Below, piece after piece: positions 1 to 15,000 of a stretch of 64,000 nt of DNA (within the stretch, counting starts at the first letter, position 1; each line of letters starts with the position of its first letter). The position numbers were made by a program, and so were the translations under genes. Below the pieces are notes generated by a model, which worked only from the letters and a program-made list of their open reading frames with translations, ran no database searches and was not told where the DNA came from. This stretch comes from Ophelia neglecta (Eukaryota): positions 93,062,001 through 93,126,000 of the forward strand of contig OZ260661.1 of assembly GCA_965285935.1 (NCBI GenBank). Direction: 5' to 3'.

Positions 1-3000
1 TCTCGCGGAGAGCCCGGACCCGCCGGCCCAACCGGCGAGAGGGGCGAATCTGGTTTACCAGGTCCTTCGGGACCAGCTGGACCCTCGGGACCGGCCGGCT
101 CCCCCGGACAAAGAGGAGAACAAGGACCAAGAGGAGAATCGGGAACTCCAGGACCATCTGGTACGTACATTTAAAGCTGGAATTAGAGATTTGATAGAAT
201 TATTAAACGATACAATATCTTCGGTATTTAATTATTCGCGGCAAATAATGGCGAACACTTTATTATTTCAGGATCTCCCGGTCAACCCGGACCGTCAGGA
301 TCTCGAGGTGAACCAGGACCCGCAGGACCACAAGGTCAAAGGGGTCAATCTGGTGAACGAGGTGAAACAGGACCGGCTGGTCCCTCCGGACCCTCAGGTC
401 CTGCTGGACCCGCTGGTGAAAGGGGAGAACCAGGCCCTGCCGGGTCACAAGGACCAAGCGGATCAAGGGGAGAGCCAGGTCAAGCCGGAGAGGCTGGAAG
501 ACCAGGCCCACAAGGGCAATCTGGATTCCCTGGACCTGCTGGACAAAGAGGCGAGAGCGGGCTTCCTGGCTCACCCGGGCCACAAGGACCAAGAGGTGAA
601 ACAGGTACAGCAGGAAGTGTCGGGGAACAAGGACCGCCAGGTCCCGCTGGATCTAGAGGAGAGTCAGGACCCGCTGGAACACCTGGCTCAAGGGGAGAAA
701 CTGGTCCCCAGGGACCTGCAGGAGAACGTGGAGAGCCCGGACCATCCGGACCCGCAGGTCCCTCTGGGCAAGCTGGACCCTCTGGGCCAGCCGGTCCCAG
801 AGGAGAGGCTGGTCCCCGGGGAGAATCGGGTACGCCAGGATCTTCTGGACAAAGAGGAGAGCCAGGAACAGCTGGTCCACGAGGAGAAGCAGGACCCCAA
901 GGTCCACAGGGCGCAAGAGGCGCTCCCGGTGAACGAGGAGAGTCAGGTACCCCAGGCTCTGCCGGCCAACGAGGAGAATCAGGACCACAGGGTCCAACAG
1001 GCCAATCAGGTCCTTCCGGACCTGCCGGACCCCCTGGACCAAGAGGTGAGACAGGACAAAGAGGTGAAAGCGGACCTCAAGGACCAGCAGGAACTCCAGG
1101 AGAGCGCGGAGAAAGCGGTCTAACAGGACCATCCGGTCCTGCTGGCCCAGCTGGTGAATCCGGAAGGCCAGGAGAACAAGGATCGCCAGGACCTTCAGGT
1201 AGGCTCATCTGTCGATAGTATTCTCTTCTTTGTTTCTTTCAATAGTTAACCTTCATTGACCATATAACATACATAAAATGTTTGGATAACATGGGATAAA
1301 CGCAATTTTGTAGGAGGACCTGGCCCAGCTGGCCCTGCTGGAAGCCGCGGAGAATCTGGCCTACCAGGACCCTCAGGTCCGAGAGGTGAGGCAGGAACTC
1401 CAGGAAGCCCAGGACAGCGAGGAGAACCAGGACCTGCAGGACCTAGTGGCCCAGCAGGAAGTCAAGGACCATCTGGGCCGGCTGGTTCCCCAGGGCCCAG
1501 AGGAGAGCGAGGCGAAACTGGTCCCGCCGGACCTGCAGGTAATTTCATGACCGGTCATTTGCGTACTTTATCTTCCCAATTGTTTATGCATTTGTCATTA
1601 GCTTTGAATCTTAGATAAATTATTGCAGCCTTTTATTGTTTACAAACTGAGGAACGGGTGATGAAATAATAAGAAGACAAATTTCATATTTACGGTAGAT
1701 ATGTCATTTTGCAAAAGCAAAAGTCTAAAAAGTGCCCTTGTCTGTATATTAAAGGAGAGTCAGGATCCCCTGGTCCAGGAGGAGAGAGGGGAGAGCCAGG
1801 ACCAGCAGGACCCAGTGGACCAGCAGGTCCCCGCGGTGAAGCAGGCCCTGCAGGGCCAAGTGGATCAAGAGGCGAGTCCGGACCAGCTGGACCAGCTGGA
1901 CCATCTGGACCTGCCGGTCAACGAGGCGAACCTGGACCCAGAGGAGAAGCTGGACCTCGTGGAGAGTCTGGAACTCCAGGAACACCAGGAGAGAGGGGAG
2001 AACCTGGTCTGTCAGGTCCAACCGGACAGCCAGGCCCATCTGGACCAGCTGGGCCTGCCGGCCCACGCGGTGAATCTGGACCCCGAGGAGAATCTGGCCA
2101 ACCAGGCCCATCAGGGCCGGCTGGACCCGCCGGCCCCGCCGGACCTAGAGGAGAGGTTGGACCACCAGGACCAGCAAGCCAAAGAGGAGAGCCTGGTGCT
2201 AGAGGTCCGCCGGGAGAGGCAGGTACCCCAGGAAGCGCTGGAGAGCGAGGCCCACAAGGTCCTCGAGGACAACCTGGCCCAAGTGGCCCGGCTGGTTCAA
2301 GAGGAGAAGCAGGAACACCAGGCGGACAAGGTCCCAGAGGAGAGGCCGGAACCCCAGGATCCCCAGGTACGTCATTTCACGAAAAAAATTGGACACTAAT
2401 AATGATTGTCAAGTAAGAACTATTTTTCATGTGTTTTGAAGGCCAATTTCTACATACGATTTTTATATGACTGGCAGGATCTGATGGAAGCCCAGGACCT
2501 GCAGGCCCTCGTGGAGAATCAGGAACTCCGGGAGGTGCAGGAGAGACTGGACCAGCTGGACCTTCTGGACCAGCTGGACCTGCTGGACCTCGTGGTGAGC
2601 CCGGAACACGTGGAGAGCGAGGAGAGGTTGGACCTGCTGGGCCTAGCGGACCAGCTGGACCTCGTGGAGAAACCGGACCTGCCGGCCAAAGTGGCCAGCC
2701 AGGACCTCGTGGTGAAACTGGTAAGTCCAGTCATTGGTTATAACGAAATAGACAAGCATTAACCTCCTTTTACACTTTACATAGTGATATGGTGAATGAT
2801 GTAGACGCTTTTGAGTCGGTATTTTAGGAAAACATTTATTTTTATGTTTAAAATTACAAAAGATAGATGTCTTGATATGATTTTGCGTCTATTTACAGGA
2901 TCCCCTGGACCTAGCGGACAATCTGGTCCTAGTGGACCAGCTGGACCATCGGGACCATCTGGGCAACCAGGTCAACCAGGATCAAGAGGAGAACCTGGAC

Positions 3001-6000
3001 CTGCTGGACAGCGAGGAGAAAGAGGCGAAGCTGGCCCTGCAGGCCCATCGGGAGACCCAGGACCGGCCGGTCCCTCTGGACCGAGAGGAGAGACCGGACC
3101 ACAAGGCGGACGAGGAGAACCCGGCTCACGTGGAGAAGCTGGACCTGCTGGACCATCAGGTTCGATCTTTTCTCCGTATTTTATACTTAAAGCGAAACTT
3201 CTTTAAGTATAAAGTATTCTAACTTTGTTTCCACATTTTATTCAATTATTAACTTTGCGTCCACAGGACAACCTGGCCCATCTGGACCAGCGGGTCCTCG
3301 TGGAGAAACTGGTCTCCCTGGAAGTGACGGCCAGCCCGGACCAGCTGGGCCTGCTGGCCCCGCAGGACCACGAGGCGAGGCCGGACCTAGAGGTGAGAGT
3401 GGAGAACCCGGCAGAGCTGGAGAACCAGGAAGAGCCGGTGAACGAGGTGAACGAGGTGAAGCTGGGGAGGCTGGACCGGCAGGACCAGCTGGATCTCCTG
3501 GCCAACGAGGACAACCTGGTGCAAGAGGAGAGTCGGGTCCTTCAGGCCCAGATGGCGGAAATGGACCACCTGGCCCATTGGGTCCAGCTGGACCAAGTGG
3601 CCAACCAGGACCAGCAGGTCCACGCGGAGAACCCGGACCGCGAGGAGAGTCTGGAACACCAGGCTCATCAGGCCCACGTGGGGAAGCAGGACCTTCAGGA
3701 CAATCTGGACCCTCTGGGCCAGCAGGCCCTGCTGGACCCCGTGGAGAAGCAGGACCTCGTGGCGAGCCAGGAGAGAGCGGAACACCTGGAAGCGCCGGGC
3801 CGCGTGGAGAAGCCGGACCCCGAGGAGAGTCGGGACCAGCAGGTCCTTCTGGATCTCCCGGAGAACGCGGATCTCCTGGATCCCCAGGAGAAGCAGGTAG
3901 ACCCGGCCCAGCTGGACCAAGAGGACCACGAGGCGAAACTGGTCTAGGTGGAACACCTGGCGAGAGAGGCCAACCTGGACCAGCAGGATCTGCCGGTAGG
4001 TTTCTTGTCAACGATGTTGCTAATTGATAGTCTCATGTCCGAGGGCACGTCTTTCATGGGATTGCGATCCATTGTAATTTATTAAACCATTAATTATTTC
4101 AGGACCATCGGGACCAGCCGGACCGGCAGGACCCCGTGGAGAATCAGGTTTACCAGGCAGCACTGGTGTCGCAGGGCCAGCAGGTCCAGCGGGACCAACC
4201 GGTCCCAGTGGAGGACCAGGGCAGCGAGGCGAAGCCGGCCCAAGAGGACAACCAGGATCACGTGGAGAGCCAGGGCCAACTGGGCCAGCAGGTTCTCCAG
4301 GACAGCGAGGTGAATCTGGAACTCCTGGATCAGCTGGACAAACTGGACCAGCTGGACAACCAGGACCTTCAGGTCCCGCCGGTCCTTCCGGACCAAGGGG
4401 TGAACCAGGAGCTCGCGGTGAACAAGGTCCTCGCGGAGAGTCAGGAACCCCCGGAACTGATGGCCGTCCAGGAGAGAGAGGAGAGTCCGGACCAGCCGGT
4501 CCATCTGGACCCACTGGCCAACCTGGCCCTCAAGGCCCCGCAGGACCAAGAGGAGAAGCAGGACCAAGAGGAGAGTCCGGTTCTCCAGGCACCCCTGGAT
4601 CAGCTGGACGTGACGGTGAGAATAGGTTTTCAGTTGTTATGTTTTAATTATATAGTTGAATTATGACCAGTGTATCAAAGGAAGCAGGGAGCGTTGACAT
4701 ATTTCATATACAAATTTTCTTACAGGTGAAGCTGGTCAACCTGGCCCAGCAGGGCCTGCTGGCCAATCGGGTCCCGCAGGACCAGCCGGGCCTGCCGGAC
4801 CTCGAGGAGAACGAGGAGAGTCAGGACCTGCCGGACAGCCAGGCCCAGGTGGAGAAAGAGGTCAGCCAGGTTCTCCAGGACCATCAGGTCCCGCAGGCCC
4901 CAGCGGCCCACGAGGTGAATCAGGCCTTCCAGGACCCCAAGGACAGCGAGGTGAACCCGGATCACAAGGACAACGTGGACCAGCCGGTGAACGTGGAGAA
5001 CCTGGCCCCGCTGGAGAAGCCGGCAGAGCAGGAGAACCTGGACCCTCCGGCCCAGCCGGAAGTCAAGGACCTTCAGGACCCGCAGGACCTGCTGGACCAC
5101 GAGGAGAAGCAGGACCGAGGGGAGAATCAGGACCACGAGGAGAGACTGGTCCTGCTGGCTCGCCAGGTACGTTTATATTCAAGATATATAATCATAAGTG
5201 ATTTCATTAGTGTATATTCAGAGATTGTTGCGTATGTGCAATTAAGCAGGCATGACTATTATATTATTATATTAAAGGATCTGATGGGCGACCCGGACCT
5301 CGTGGTGAACGAGGGGAATCAGGTACACCCGGTAGCCAAGGCGAAACAGGACCGGCTGGATCTGCAGGTCCCTCCGGTCCCAGAGGAGAACCTGGACCCC
5401 GCGGGGAAAGCGGAACACCAGGATCGGCTGGAGAAAGAGGAGAAACTGGACCAGCTGGTCCAACTGGACCGCAAGGATCTCGTGGAGAAAGTGGACCAGC
5501 CGGACCATCTGGACAATCTGGACCTGCTGGACCTGCTGGTCCATCTGGACCTCGAGGTGAGCCAGGCTCACGAGGAGAGGCCGGCCCAAGAGGAGAACCA
5601 GGTTCACGAGGTGAACCAGGATCCCAAGGCACTCCAGGTAGAGCAGGCGAGAGGGGAGAGGCTGGCCCACCAGGCGCCAGTGGAGAACCAGGAAGACAAG
5701 GCCCTGCCGGGCCTTCAGGACAGCGAGGAGAACCTGGCCCAAGAGGCGAATCTGGAACTCCTGGAACCCCCGGAAACGATGGATCACCAGGTATATTTAA
5801 CTTATCTTATACACGCCGCATGTGCTCATGGAGTCAATGAATTGAAAATGAGATTTCAGCCATCTTTTAAATTCGGTCATTTTAAAAGGTATGGTAATTA
5901 TTACTGTCACGGGCAGTTATTTATGATAAAGTTCTGCTCCCAGAGAGATCATCTGTGAGGTGTACAATGTGTACCGAGCTTTAAGTCAAAACTGGAATAA

Positions 6001-9000
6001 AACTTAAATAACACTTAAATTCTGGCACTATACATGTGTTGCTTGATTGTTTTTCTGTCAGGCGGAGCTGGACCAGCAGGACCTTCAGGTCCACGAGGCC
6101 AACCAGGACCAGCTGGACCAGCTGGACCCAGAGGAGAAGCTGGACCACGGGGAGAGACCGGACCCGCCGGACCATCAAGTCCACGAGGCGAGAGGGGTGA
6201 GCAGGGTCCACCTGGACCTCCAGGCGAAAGTGGACAACCCGGCCAACCAGGACGCCCTGGCCCAGCAGGAGAAAGAGGACCCTCCGGAGAACCAGGGTCA
6301 CCTGGACCATCTGGTGAAAGAGGTGAACCTGGATTGTCAGGTCCAAATGGTCAGCCCGGTCCATCCGGGCCCCAGGGACCATCTGGTCAAAGAGGAGAGC
6401 CAGGGCCAGCCGGCCCCTCTGGGCCACGGGGAGAAGCCGGGCCTCAGGGAGGTCTAGGTCCACAAGGACCCCAAGGTCCACAGGGATCTCGCGGAGAACC
6501 TGGACCCGCCGGACCATCTGGTCAATCTGGACCTGCAGGACCCGCCGGATCTCCTGGACCAAGAGGCGAGGCAGGACCAAGAGGAGAATCAGGAACCCCT
6601 GGAACCCCCGGACAACGCGGAGAAACTGGTCCAGCAGGCTCACCAGGGCCCTCAGGCCAGAGAGGTGAGGCAGGACCAGCAGGACCTGCCGGTCAGTCAG
6701 GACCTTCTGGACCTGCTGGCCCATCTGGCCCCAGAGGGGAACCCGGACAGAGAGGTGAGCCAGGTAGCAGAGGCGAACCTGGTTCTCGAGGAGAACCAGG
6801 AACCCCTGGATCTGATGGAAGACCTGGCGAGAGAGGACAAGCCGGACCAGCAGGCCCGGCTGGAGAAGCTGGTCGTCAAGGACCTGCTGGACCTGCTGGC
6901 TCCAGAGGAGAACCTGGCCCTAGAGGAGAAGCTGGAACACCAGGCTCCCAGGGCAGCCAAGGAGCTCCAGGTAATATATAGAACATGCAGTTTGTCTGCT
7001 TTTAAAGCATGTCAAACCAGTTTTCCGACATTTTGAGATATGTATTCAGGAATTATTATAACTTGGTCGGTTTAACTTAAAATTTTGAATTGTAAATAAA
7101 ACTCTTTTGCTTTTTACCTCCAGGAGAGGCTGGTCCCGCTGGCAGTCCTGGTCAACGCGGGGAGTCTGGACCAGCCGGCCCCGCCGGACCAGCTGGATCG
7201 CCAGGAGAGCGAGGGGAGACTGGTCCGTCCGGAGCTCCCGGAAGAGATGGCTCCAGAGGACAACCTGGCCCAGCGGGACCTTCTGGTCCCGCCGGGCCTG
7301 CTGGCCCACGAGGAGAGCCCGGCCCAGCAGGATCAACCGGAGAACGAGGAGCACAGGGTCCGGCTGGAAGCCGAGGACAGCCTGGAGAGCGTGGAGAGGC
7401 TGGTACCCCAGGAAATGCTGGACGAGACGGCGCACGTGGTGAGCCTGGACCTGCCGGACCCTCGGGTCCATCAGGGCCTTCCGGACCAGCAGGACCTCGT
7501 GGAGAACCAGGTCAGCGAGGTGAACCCGGCCAAAGAGGAGAAGCTGGTTCAGCTGGAACTCCGGGTAAGCAGTATTTCCAATCTTTCAGGAATAAGTCTT
7601 CTTAATGTTATTTGTATATGAACCTTAACCTTAAAATTCCTCTTTCTAACAATGAACATTGTTCTTTCTAGGATCCGCTGGTCCACAGGGATCACCAGGT
7701 CCGAGAGGTGAACGAGGCGAAGCCGGCCCCTCGGGTGGAGCTGGTCCATCTGGACCACAGGGCCCGAGAGGAGAGTCAGGTACCCCCGGATCTGCCGGAC
7801 CAAGAGGAGAGCCTGGCCAACGTGGTGAGCCTGGAAGAGACGGCACCCCTGGTACTCCAGGATCGCGTGGAGAGGCAGGTCCTCAAGGTCCAACGGGACA
7901 AGCCGGACCTGCAGGGCCCTCCGGACCGGCTGGGTCACGTGGAGAACCTGGACCAGCAGGACCACAAGGCTCTAGAGGCGAGGCTGGCCCTCAGGGACCA
8001 GCAGGATCACCCGGAACAGACGGTATGTACTCGGCAATTCAGTATACAGATCACGATTAAAAGTATTACTATCAGCCGATATCATTAGACAGTAAGAGAG
8101 ACGAAATACAGTGGTTATTAAATTTGTCTTTGAAACAAAATCGAGAAATTTTAGTTCATGCGTGTGCCTTTACAAATCTCCAGGACAACCCGGATCAGCC
8201 GGACCTGCTGGCCCACGAGGTGAACCCGGCCCTGCCGGTGCCGCAGGCCCACGTGGCCAGCCAGGTGAGAGAGGCGAACCCGGTACTGACGGACAACCCG
8301 GACGTGCTGGTGAGCGCGGACAGGCCGGACCCAGCGGCCCAGCCGGACCATCAGGTCCAGCTGGCCCCGCAGGGCCAAGAGGAGAGCCAGGTCAACGTGG
8401 AGAGTCGGGACCTCGTGGAGAACAAGGACCCAGAGGAGAAGGCGGTGAGTGTTAACCAAGGTTTACTTTCCTTACACGGTCCAAATAAGCAATGTAAAAA
8501 AAAAACCACTATTAAAATATGAGGCAATACCATACAAATTTTCCTTTTTGTTAAACAGGATTACCTGGACCAGGTGGCCCAGCAGGCCCAAGAGGCGAAC
8601 CAGGTACACCTGGTTCAGCCGGAGAAACCGGACCTTCCGGGCCAAGTGGACCATCCGGCCCCGCTGGACCTTCAGGTCCACGTGGTGAGCCTGGATCAAG
8701 AGGTGAGGCCGGAGAACCAGGCCCCGCTGGTCCATCAGGACCACGAGGAGAACCAGGATCCCAAGGATCCCCAGGAGAAACAGGTCCTGCCGGTCCATCC
8801 GGACCAGCGGGCCCCAGGGGAACTCCAGGAACCCGAGGAGAACCGGGTCAACGAGGAGAGCCTGGATCAGCTGGACCACAAGGACCACAGGGAGGTAGAG
8901 GCGAACGTGGAGAGGCAGGACCAGCAGGTCCCTCAGGACCACAAGGACCAAGTGGTGCCCCTGGACAACGAGGAGAAGCTGGACCCGACGGACAGCCTGG

Positions 9001-12000
9001 CCGAGATGGTAGCCCTGGTAAGTAGAAATTCAAATACCTGTATATCGATATTATTTATTTTTAAAGTCATTTTCCAACTGCCGATTTTCACACTACTGTT
9101 GTATGTCGACTGCATTTTACTTTTTCTCTCGTTGTCCAGGAGCACAAGGAACTACAGGTCCAGCTGGACCACGTGGTGAGTCGGGCTTGCCAGGACCCCA
9201 AGGATCTCGCGGAGAGCCCGGATCAAGAGGAGAGCCAGGATCAGCTGGACCGGCTGGAGGCCCCGGAGAACGAGGTCAACCAGGATCCGCAGGTCCTTCG
9301 GGCCCTGCAGGACCTGCCGGACCAGCAGGACCACGTGGTACACCTGGACAGCGTGGCGAGGCAGGACCTCGTGGAGAGCCTGGATCAAGAGGCGAACCTG
9401 GTACTGACGGATCTCCTGGATCACCAGGACAACGCGGCGAGCCCGGACCTCAAGGACCATCAGGGCAGGCAGGCCCAGCAGGACCTGCAGGATCCCGAGG
9501 AGAACCTGGACCAGCCGGACCAGCCGGACCGCGAGGACAGGCCGGAACTCCCGGACAACAAGGTAACTTTTTTATTCATAGTCAATATATAAGTTAAATC
9601 AAAGCATACATACGTGAGTATTTATTACAGAGGCCATCCGTTAAGGGAAGGAAATATATAACGTATTATAACGTTGTATTAACGCCCCTAACAATTCCGT
9701 TATATTGTCTTGTGCAGGATCCCAAGGTCCCGCCGGACCTGCCGGACAACGAGGTGAAGCTGGCCCGCAAGGACCATCTGGAGCTCCCGGACAATCAGGC
9801 CCAGCCGGACCACGGGGAGAACCAGGAACAGCAGGTACTCCAGGTCAAAGAGGAGAGCCTGGGCAACGCGGTGAATCAGGTCCAGCAGGACCTGCCGGAT
9901 CCCCAGGACAAAGAGGAGAATCTGGACCAGCCGGTCCAGCAGGACCAGCCGGTCCTGCTGGCTCGAGAGGAGAGCCTGGTGCCCGCGGAGAGGCCGGACC
10001 ACGTGGTGAATCCGGAACACCTGGATCCGCTGGCCCAGCTGGAGAACGAGGCCCAGCAGGACCCCAGGGAGGTGTTGGATCTCCAGGACCCGCTGGACCA
10101 GCAGGCCCTCGAGGAGAAACTGGCTTGCCAGGTGAACCTGGTGTAGGCACACCTGGACAAAGAGGAGAACCCGGAACTCCAGGAACTCCTGGAAGAGCAG
10201 GCGAGAGAGGTCCAGCAGGACCCCAGGGACCACAAGGACCTGCAGGATCTCCCGGCCCCCGAGGAGAATCAGGAACTCCTGGAAGCGCTGGACAAAGAGG
10301 AGAAACTGGACCAGCAGGACAGCCAGGTTCGAAACTTATACCAATATGTCATTATTTCTGTTACAATTTTCTGTATGAACAAGCGATTTTACTAATAATT
10401 ATTAATTCTTCATTTAATAGGAAGTGATGGCCGTCCTGGACCTGCAGGGTCTAGGGGAGAACCAGGCCCATCCGGATCACCTGGAACACCCGGAACACGA
10501 GGAGAACGAGGTGAACGAGGCGAGGCAGGTCCCGCTGGTCCACAGGGACCCGCAGGTACCCCAGGACAACGAGGTGAGCCAGGATCAGCTGGCACCCCAG
10601 GTTCAGCCGGACCTCAAGGAGAACGAGGAGAAGCTGGACCAGCAGGACAGCCAGGGCCTTCAGGACCGTCTGGACCTCAGGGCCCCGCTGGATTACCAGG
10701 AAGCCGAGGAGAAGCAGGACCCGCTGGACCCTCCGGTAAGTTGAGGGCTTCGTTTTCATATAAGTGGTTTAATCTATGAAAGATCAGAAAACAAAACATT
10801 GCCCAACTTAAATTATGAAGATTGTCAGATTCATTACAATGAATTGTTTTCTTGTAGGCGAGCCCGGACCTGCCGGACCAGCTGGCCCGAGAGGCGAGAG
10901 TGGACAACCTGGGCCATCTGGACAGAGAGGACAACCAGGAGAGAGAGGAGAAGCCGGACCTGCAGGCCCACAGGGACCAAGAGGCGAGAGCGGCACTCCA
11001 GGATCCAGTGGCCCGAGAGGGGAGCCCGGATCAGCAGGACCCGCCGGATCCCCAGGACCAGGTGGACCGCGAGGCGAACGTGGAGAGGCAGGGCCTCAGG
11101 GATCTCCTGGAACAAGAGGAGAGCAAGGACCACGAGGAGAAAGCGGCACTCCCGGATCAGCAGGACCAAGAGGTCAACCAGGCTCACCTGGTCCAGCTGG
11201 TCCAGCTGGAGGACGCGGTGAGGTTGGACCTCAAGGACCCGGAGGAGAGCCAGGTCAACGTGGTGAACCAGGATCAGTCGGACAGACAGGTACATGCGTT
11301 GTTATATAACATGCTTAACCCATGATCCTTCATAGAAGGTTAGAATATATATTTATATATATTTGACTATAATTTCTGAGATTCAAGTAGGAGAAACGTT
11401 TAATGGGTGAATCATTTTGCGTTCGAGCGTCTTTCCCCTATAGAATTCAGTACCATTATTTCACCCTATGTTCTTTATGTTAGGACCCCCCGGTGGTCCT
11501 GGTCCACAGGGACAGAGAGGACTTCCATCTCCTGATGGTGCCCCTGGTGAACAAGGTCCCCAAGGTCCAGCAGGACCATCTGGGCAGCCTGGACCAGCCG
11601 GACCACAAGGTGCAAGAGGGGAGGCCGGACCAAGAGGTGAGCCGGGTACGGCTGGCCAAGATGGGCAGCCAGGACAAAGAGGCGAGGCAGGACCTGCAGG
11701 TCCCTCAGGACAGCCAGGACCTGCTGGACCAGCAGGTCCCCAAGGTTCAAGAGGAGAGGCAGGCCCACGAGGTGAAGCAGGTCCTCGAGGAGAATCTGGA
11801 ACACCAGGAACACCGGGTATGTAATGTTAATTGCTTTTCTAAGATAACGAGGTTGAGATGATCATATGTTAACTATGTTCAGATAATCAATCACTGGTTA
11901 TACAGTCCTTAGTGTCTCCCCGAGCAGGTGATATGTTGATTTGACTGGAAATGTAAAACTGACATTTTCTCGATGCAGGTGAACAAGGCAGAGCAGGACC

Positions 12001-15000
12001 TGCTGGACCTTCGGGTCAACCAGGACCTGCCGGCCCTGCTGGAGCAAGAGGCCAGCCTGGAGAACGTGGAGAGGTAGGACCTGCTGGACCTGCTGGAAGT
12101 CGGGGTGAGCCAGGTCCCGCTGGACCATCCGGTCCATCGGGTCAACCAGGCCCATCTGGACAGAGGGGCGAACCAGGGCCCGCCGGCCAACCTGGACCAC
12201 GAGGAGAAGCAGGCACTCCAGGTACACCTGGTACAGCTGGTGAGAGAGGACCTTCAGGACTTCCTGGCCCCTCCGGACCCCAGGGTCAAAGAGGCGAGTC
12301 TGGCACACCTGGCACTCCAGGACAACGTGGAGAGCAAGGCCCAAGAGGAGAGTCTGGAACTCCAGGAACCCCTGGAAGACAGGGCGAACGAGGACAACCA
12401 GGATCTGCCGGTGAAGCTGGACCACAAGGTCCAGCGGGAACACCAGGACAAAGGGGAGAACCTGGCTCTAGAGGAGAGCCTGGTCCAAGAGGAGAATCAG
12501 GAACAGCCGGAACACCTGGTAGTTAACAATTAAATAGACATCATTCAAGGGTGGAATCTTGGGAAAAATTGTAAAAAATTTGACTTTAACTGTACATGAA
12601 CACTCAATAAGGTTGCCATGTGTTTAAATTCTTTCAGGGTCGGCTGGAGAAGCAGGACCTCAAGGACCCAGAGGCGAACCAGGACCAGCAGGCCCTGCCG
12701 GCGCAGCAGGCCCAGCAGGACCTCGGGGAGAACGCGGAGAGTCCGGTCCAGCCGGACCTGCCGGTTCTCGAGGTGAAGCAGGACCGAGGGGTGAATCAGG
12801 TACGCCAGGATCTGCTGGCAGAGCAGGAGAAAGAGGACCCGCGGGACCATCAGGACCTGCAGGACCATCTGGCGGAGCTGGACTTCCTGGCGCACGGGGC
12901 GAACCAGGCCAGAGAGGAGAACCAGGCACAAGAGGTGAGGCTGGACCTGCTGGCCCAGCCGGAGAGCCAGGAAGAGATGGCCAACCTGGACCCTCTGGCC
13001 CAGCCGGTCCCGCTGGACCGAGAGGAGAATCTGGTCCAGCAGGCAGCCCAGGACAACGAGGCGAACCTGGCCCAAGAGGTGAATCCGGAACACCTGGTAC
13101 CCCTGGCAGTCAGGGAGAAAGAGGTGAAGCAGGACCTGCCGGACCTTCAGGCCAAAGGGGACAACCCGGATCCGCTGGACCAAGAGGCGAACCAGGCACC
13201 CCTGGAACTCCAGGTGAAGCAGGAAGGCAAGGAGAGAGAGGCGAGGCTGGACCTGCAGGAGAGCCTGGACGCGCCGGCTCACCTGGTCCATCAGGACCAT
13301 CCGGACCCGCAGGACAACCAGGCCCTCGTGGCGAAACTGGACTACCAGGTCCATCAGGATCAAGAGGCGAGCCCGGTGCCCGAGGAGAACCTGGAACAGA
13401 CGGTAGGCCAGGGGAGAGAGGAACGCCTGGATCAGCAGGTCCATCTGGACCAGCCGGACCAGCAGGCCCAGCTGGCGAACCCGGCTCACGAGGGGAACCT
13501 GGAGAACGAGGACAACCCGGATCAGCTGGTCCCGCAGGTACAGTTTTTACACACATCATGCGATATGTCATGTTTTTAAATTGAAGCTGAAGCAAGAAAA
13601 AATTCACTGGCCATTCAACTATGTATTTGTAAATTGTTTCAGGACCATCTGGACCACAAGGATCCCCTGGTGAACGAGGAGAGCCAGGACCCGCAGGACC
13701 AGCTGGCCCTGCTGGCCCCAGAGGAGAACAAGGACCACGAGGAGAACCAGGAGCACCATCAGCTAGGGGTGAGCGCGGTGAGGCCGGACCTGCTGGACCA
13801 GCTGGACCATCAGGCCCAGCTGGACAACCTGGACCCCCAGGACCAGCTGGAAACGCTGGAAGCAGAGGTCAACCCGGACCAGCCGGTCCCCAAGGAGCTC
13901 GAGGTGAACCAGGGCTTAGCGGGCCTTCCGGCCCAGCTGGACCCGCAGGTCAAAGAGGATCTCCAGGAGAACGAGGAGAACCAGGATCACCTGGGGAGCG
14001 TGGAGAAGCAGGAACTCCCGGATCTAGCGGCCCACGAGGAGAAGCAGGTAATTAGATTAATGTTATAGTGACACCAATCACTTAGGTATATATTGTAAGT
14101 TCTCACACTTACGAACATTTAATTTGTTATAGATTTGAATATACAATGGTGCAATATTGACAGATATTTCACAGAGCAAAGTAATGGACAATACATTGTA
14201 TTAATTGTTTAAACTATTTAAATAAAGGACCCGACGGGCAACCAGGACCAAGCGGACCACGTGGTGAACCAGGATCCCAAGGACCATCGGGATCACCCGG
14301 ACCGGCGGGACCTTCCGGCCCAAGAGGAGAGCCAGGTCCTCGTGGAGAGTCAGGCTCTCCAGGACCACAAGGTTCACGTGGCGAGTCAGGCCCAGCTGGA
14401 CAAGCAGGTACACCAGGCGAAAGAGGAGAGGCAGGCCCAGCTGGTCCTCAGGGACCCTCGGGCAGATCTGGACCAGCAGGCCCAGCAGGACCAAGCGGAG
14501 AACCAGGATCACGAGGAGAACCAGGCCCACGTGGAGAATCAGGAACTCCAGGACAGGCCGGTCGACAAGGTGAAAGAGGAGAACCAGGTACTGCAGGCTC
14601 TCCCGGACCCGCAGGACCAGCAGGACCTAGAGGCGAGGCTGGACCACGCGGAGAATCCGGCCCAAGAGGAGAGCCAGGACCCAGAGGAGAATCAGGTATT
14701 TGATGTTGATTATCTAGATACAACTTTATGTCTGTAGCGCTCGTCACAACTTTAGTCGCACTCATCAGTATTTTTACGTAACCATCCCATTTTCTATTAA
14801 TAGGCACCCCCGGAACACCAGGATCTGCCGGATCAAGAGGAGAAGCAGGACCAGCTGGCCCCTCTGGCGGTGCTGGACCCGCAGGACCCGCCGGCCCAAG
14901 AGGAGAGGCTGGCCCAGCAGGATCAAGGGGAGAACCTGGCCCACGAGGTGAGACAGGTGAAGCTGGAACCCCAGGAAGTGCCGGACAAGCTGGGCCCCCT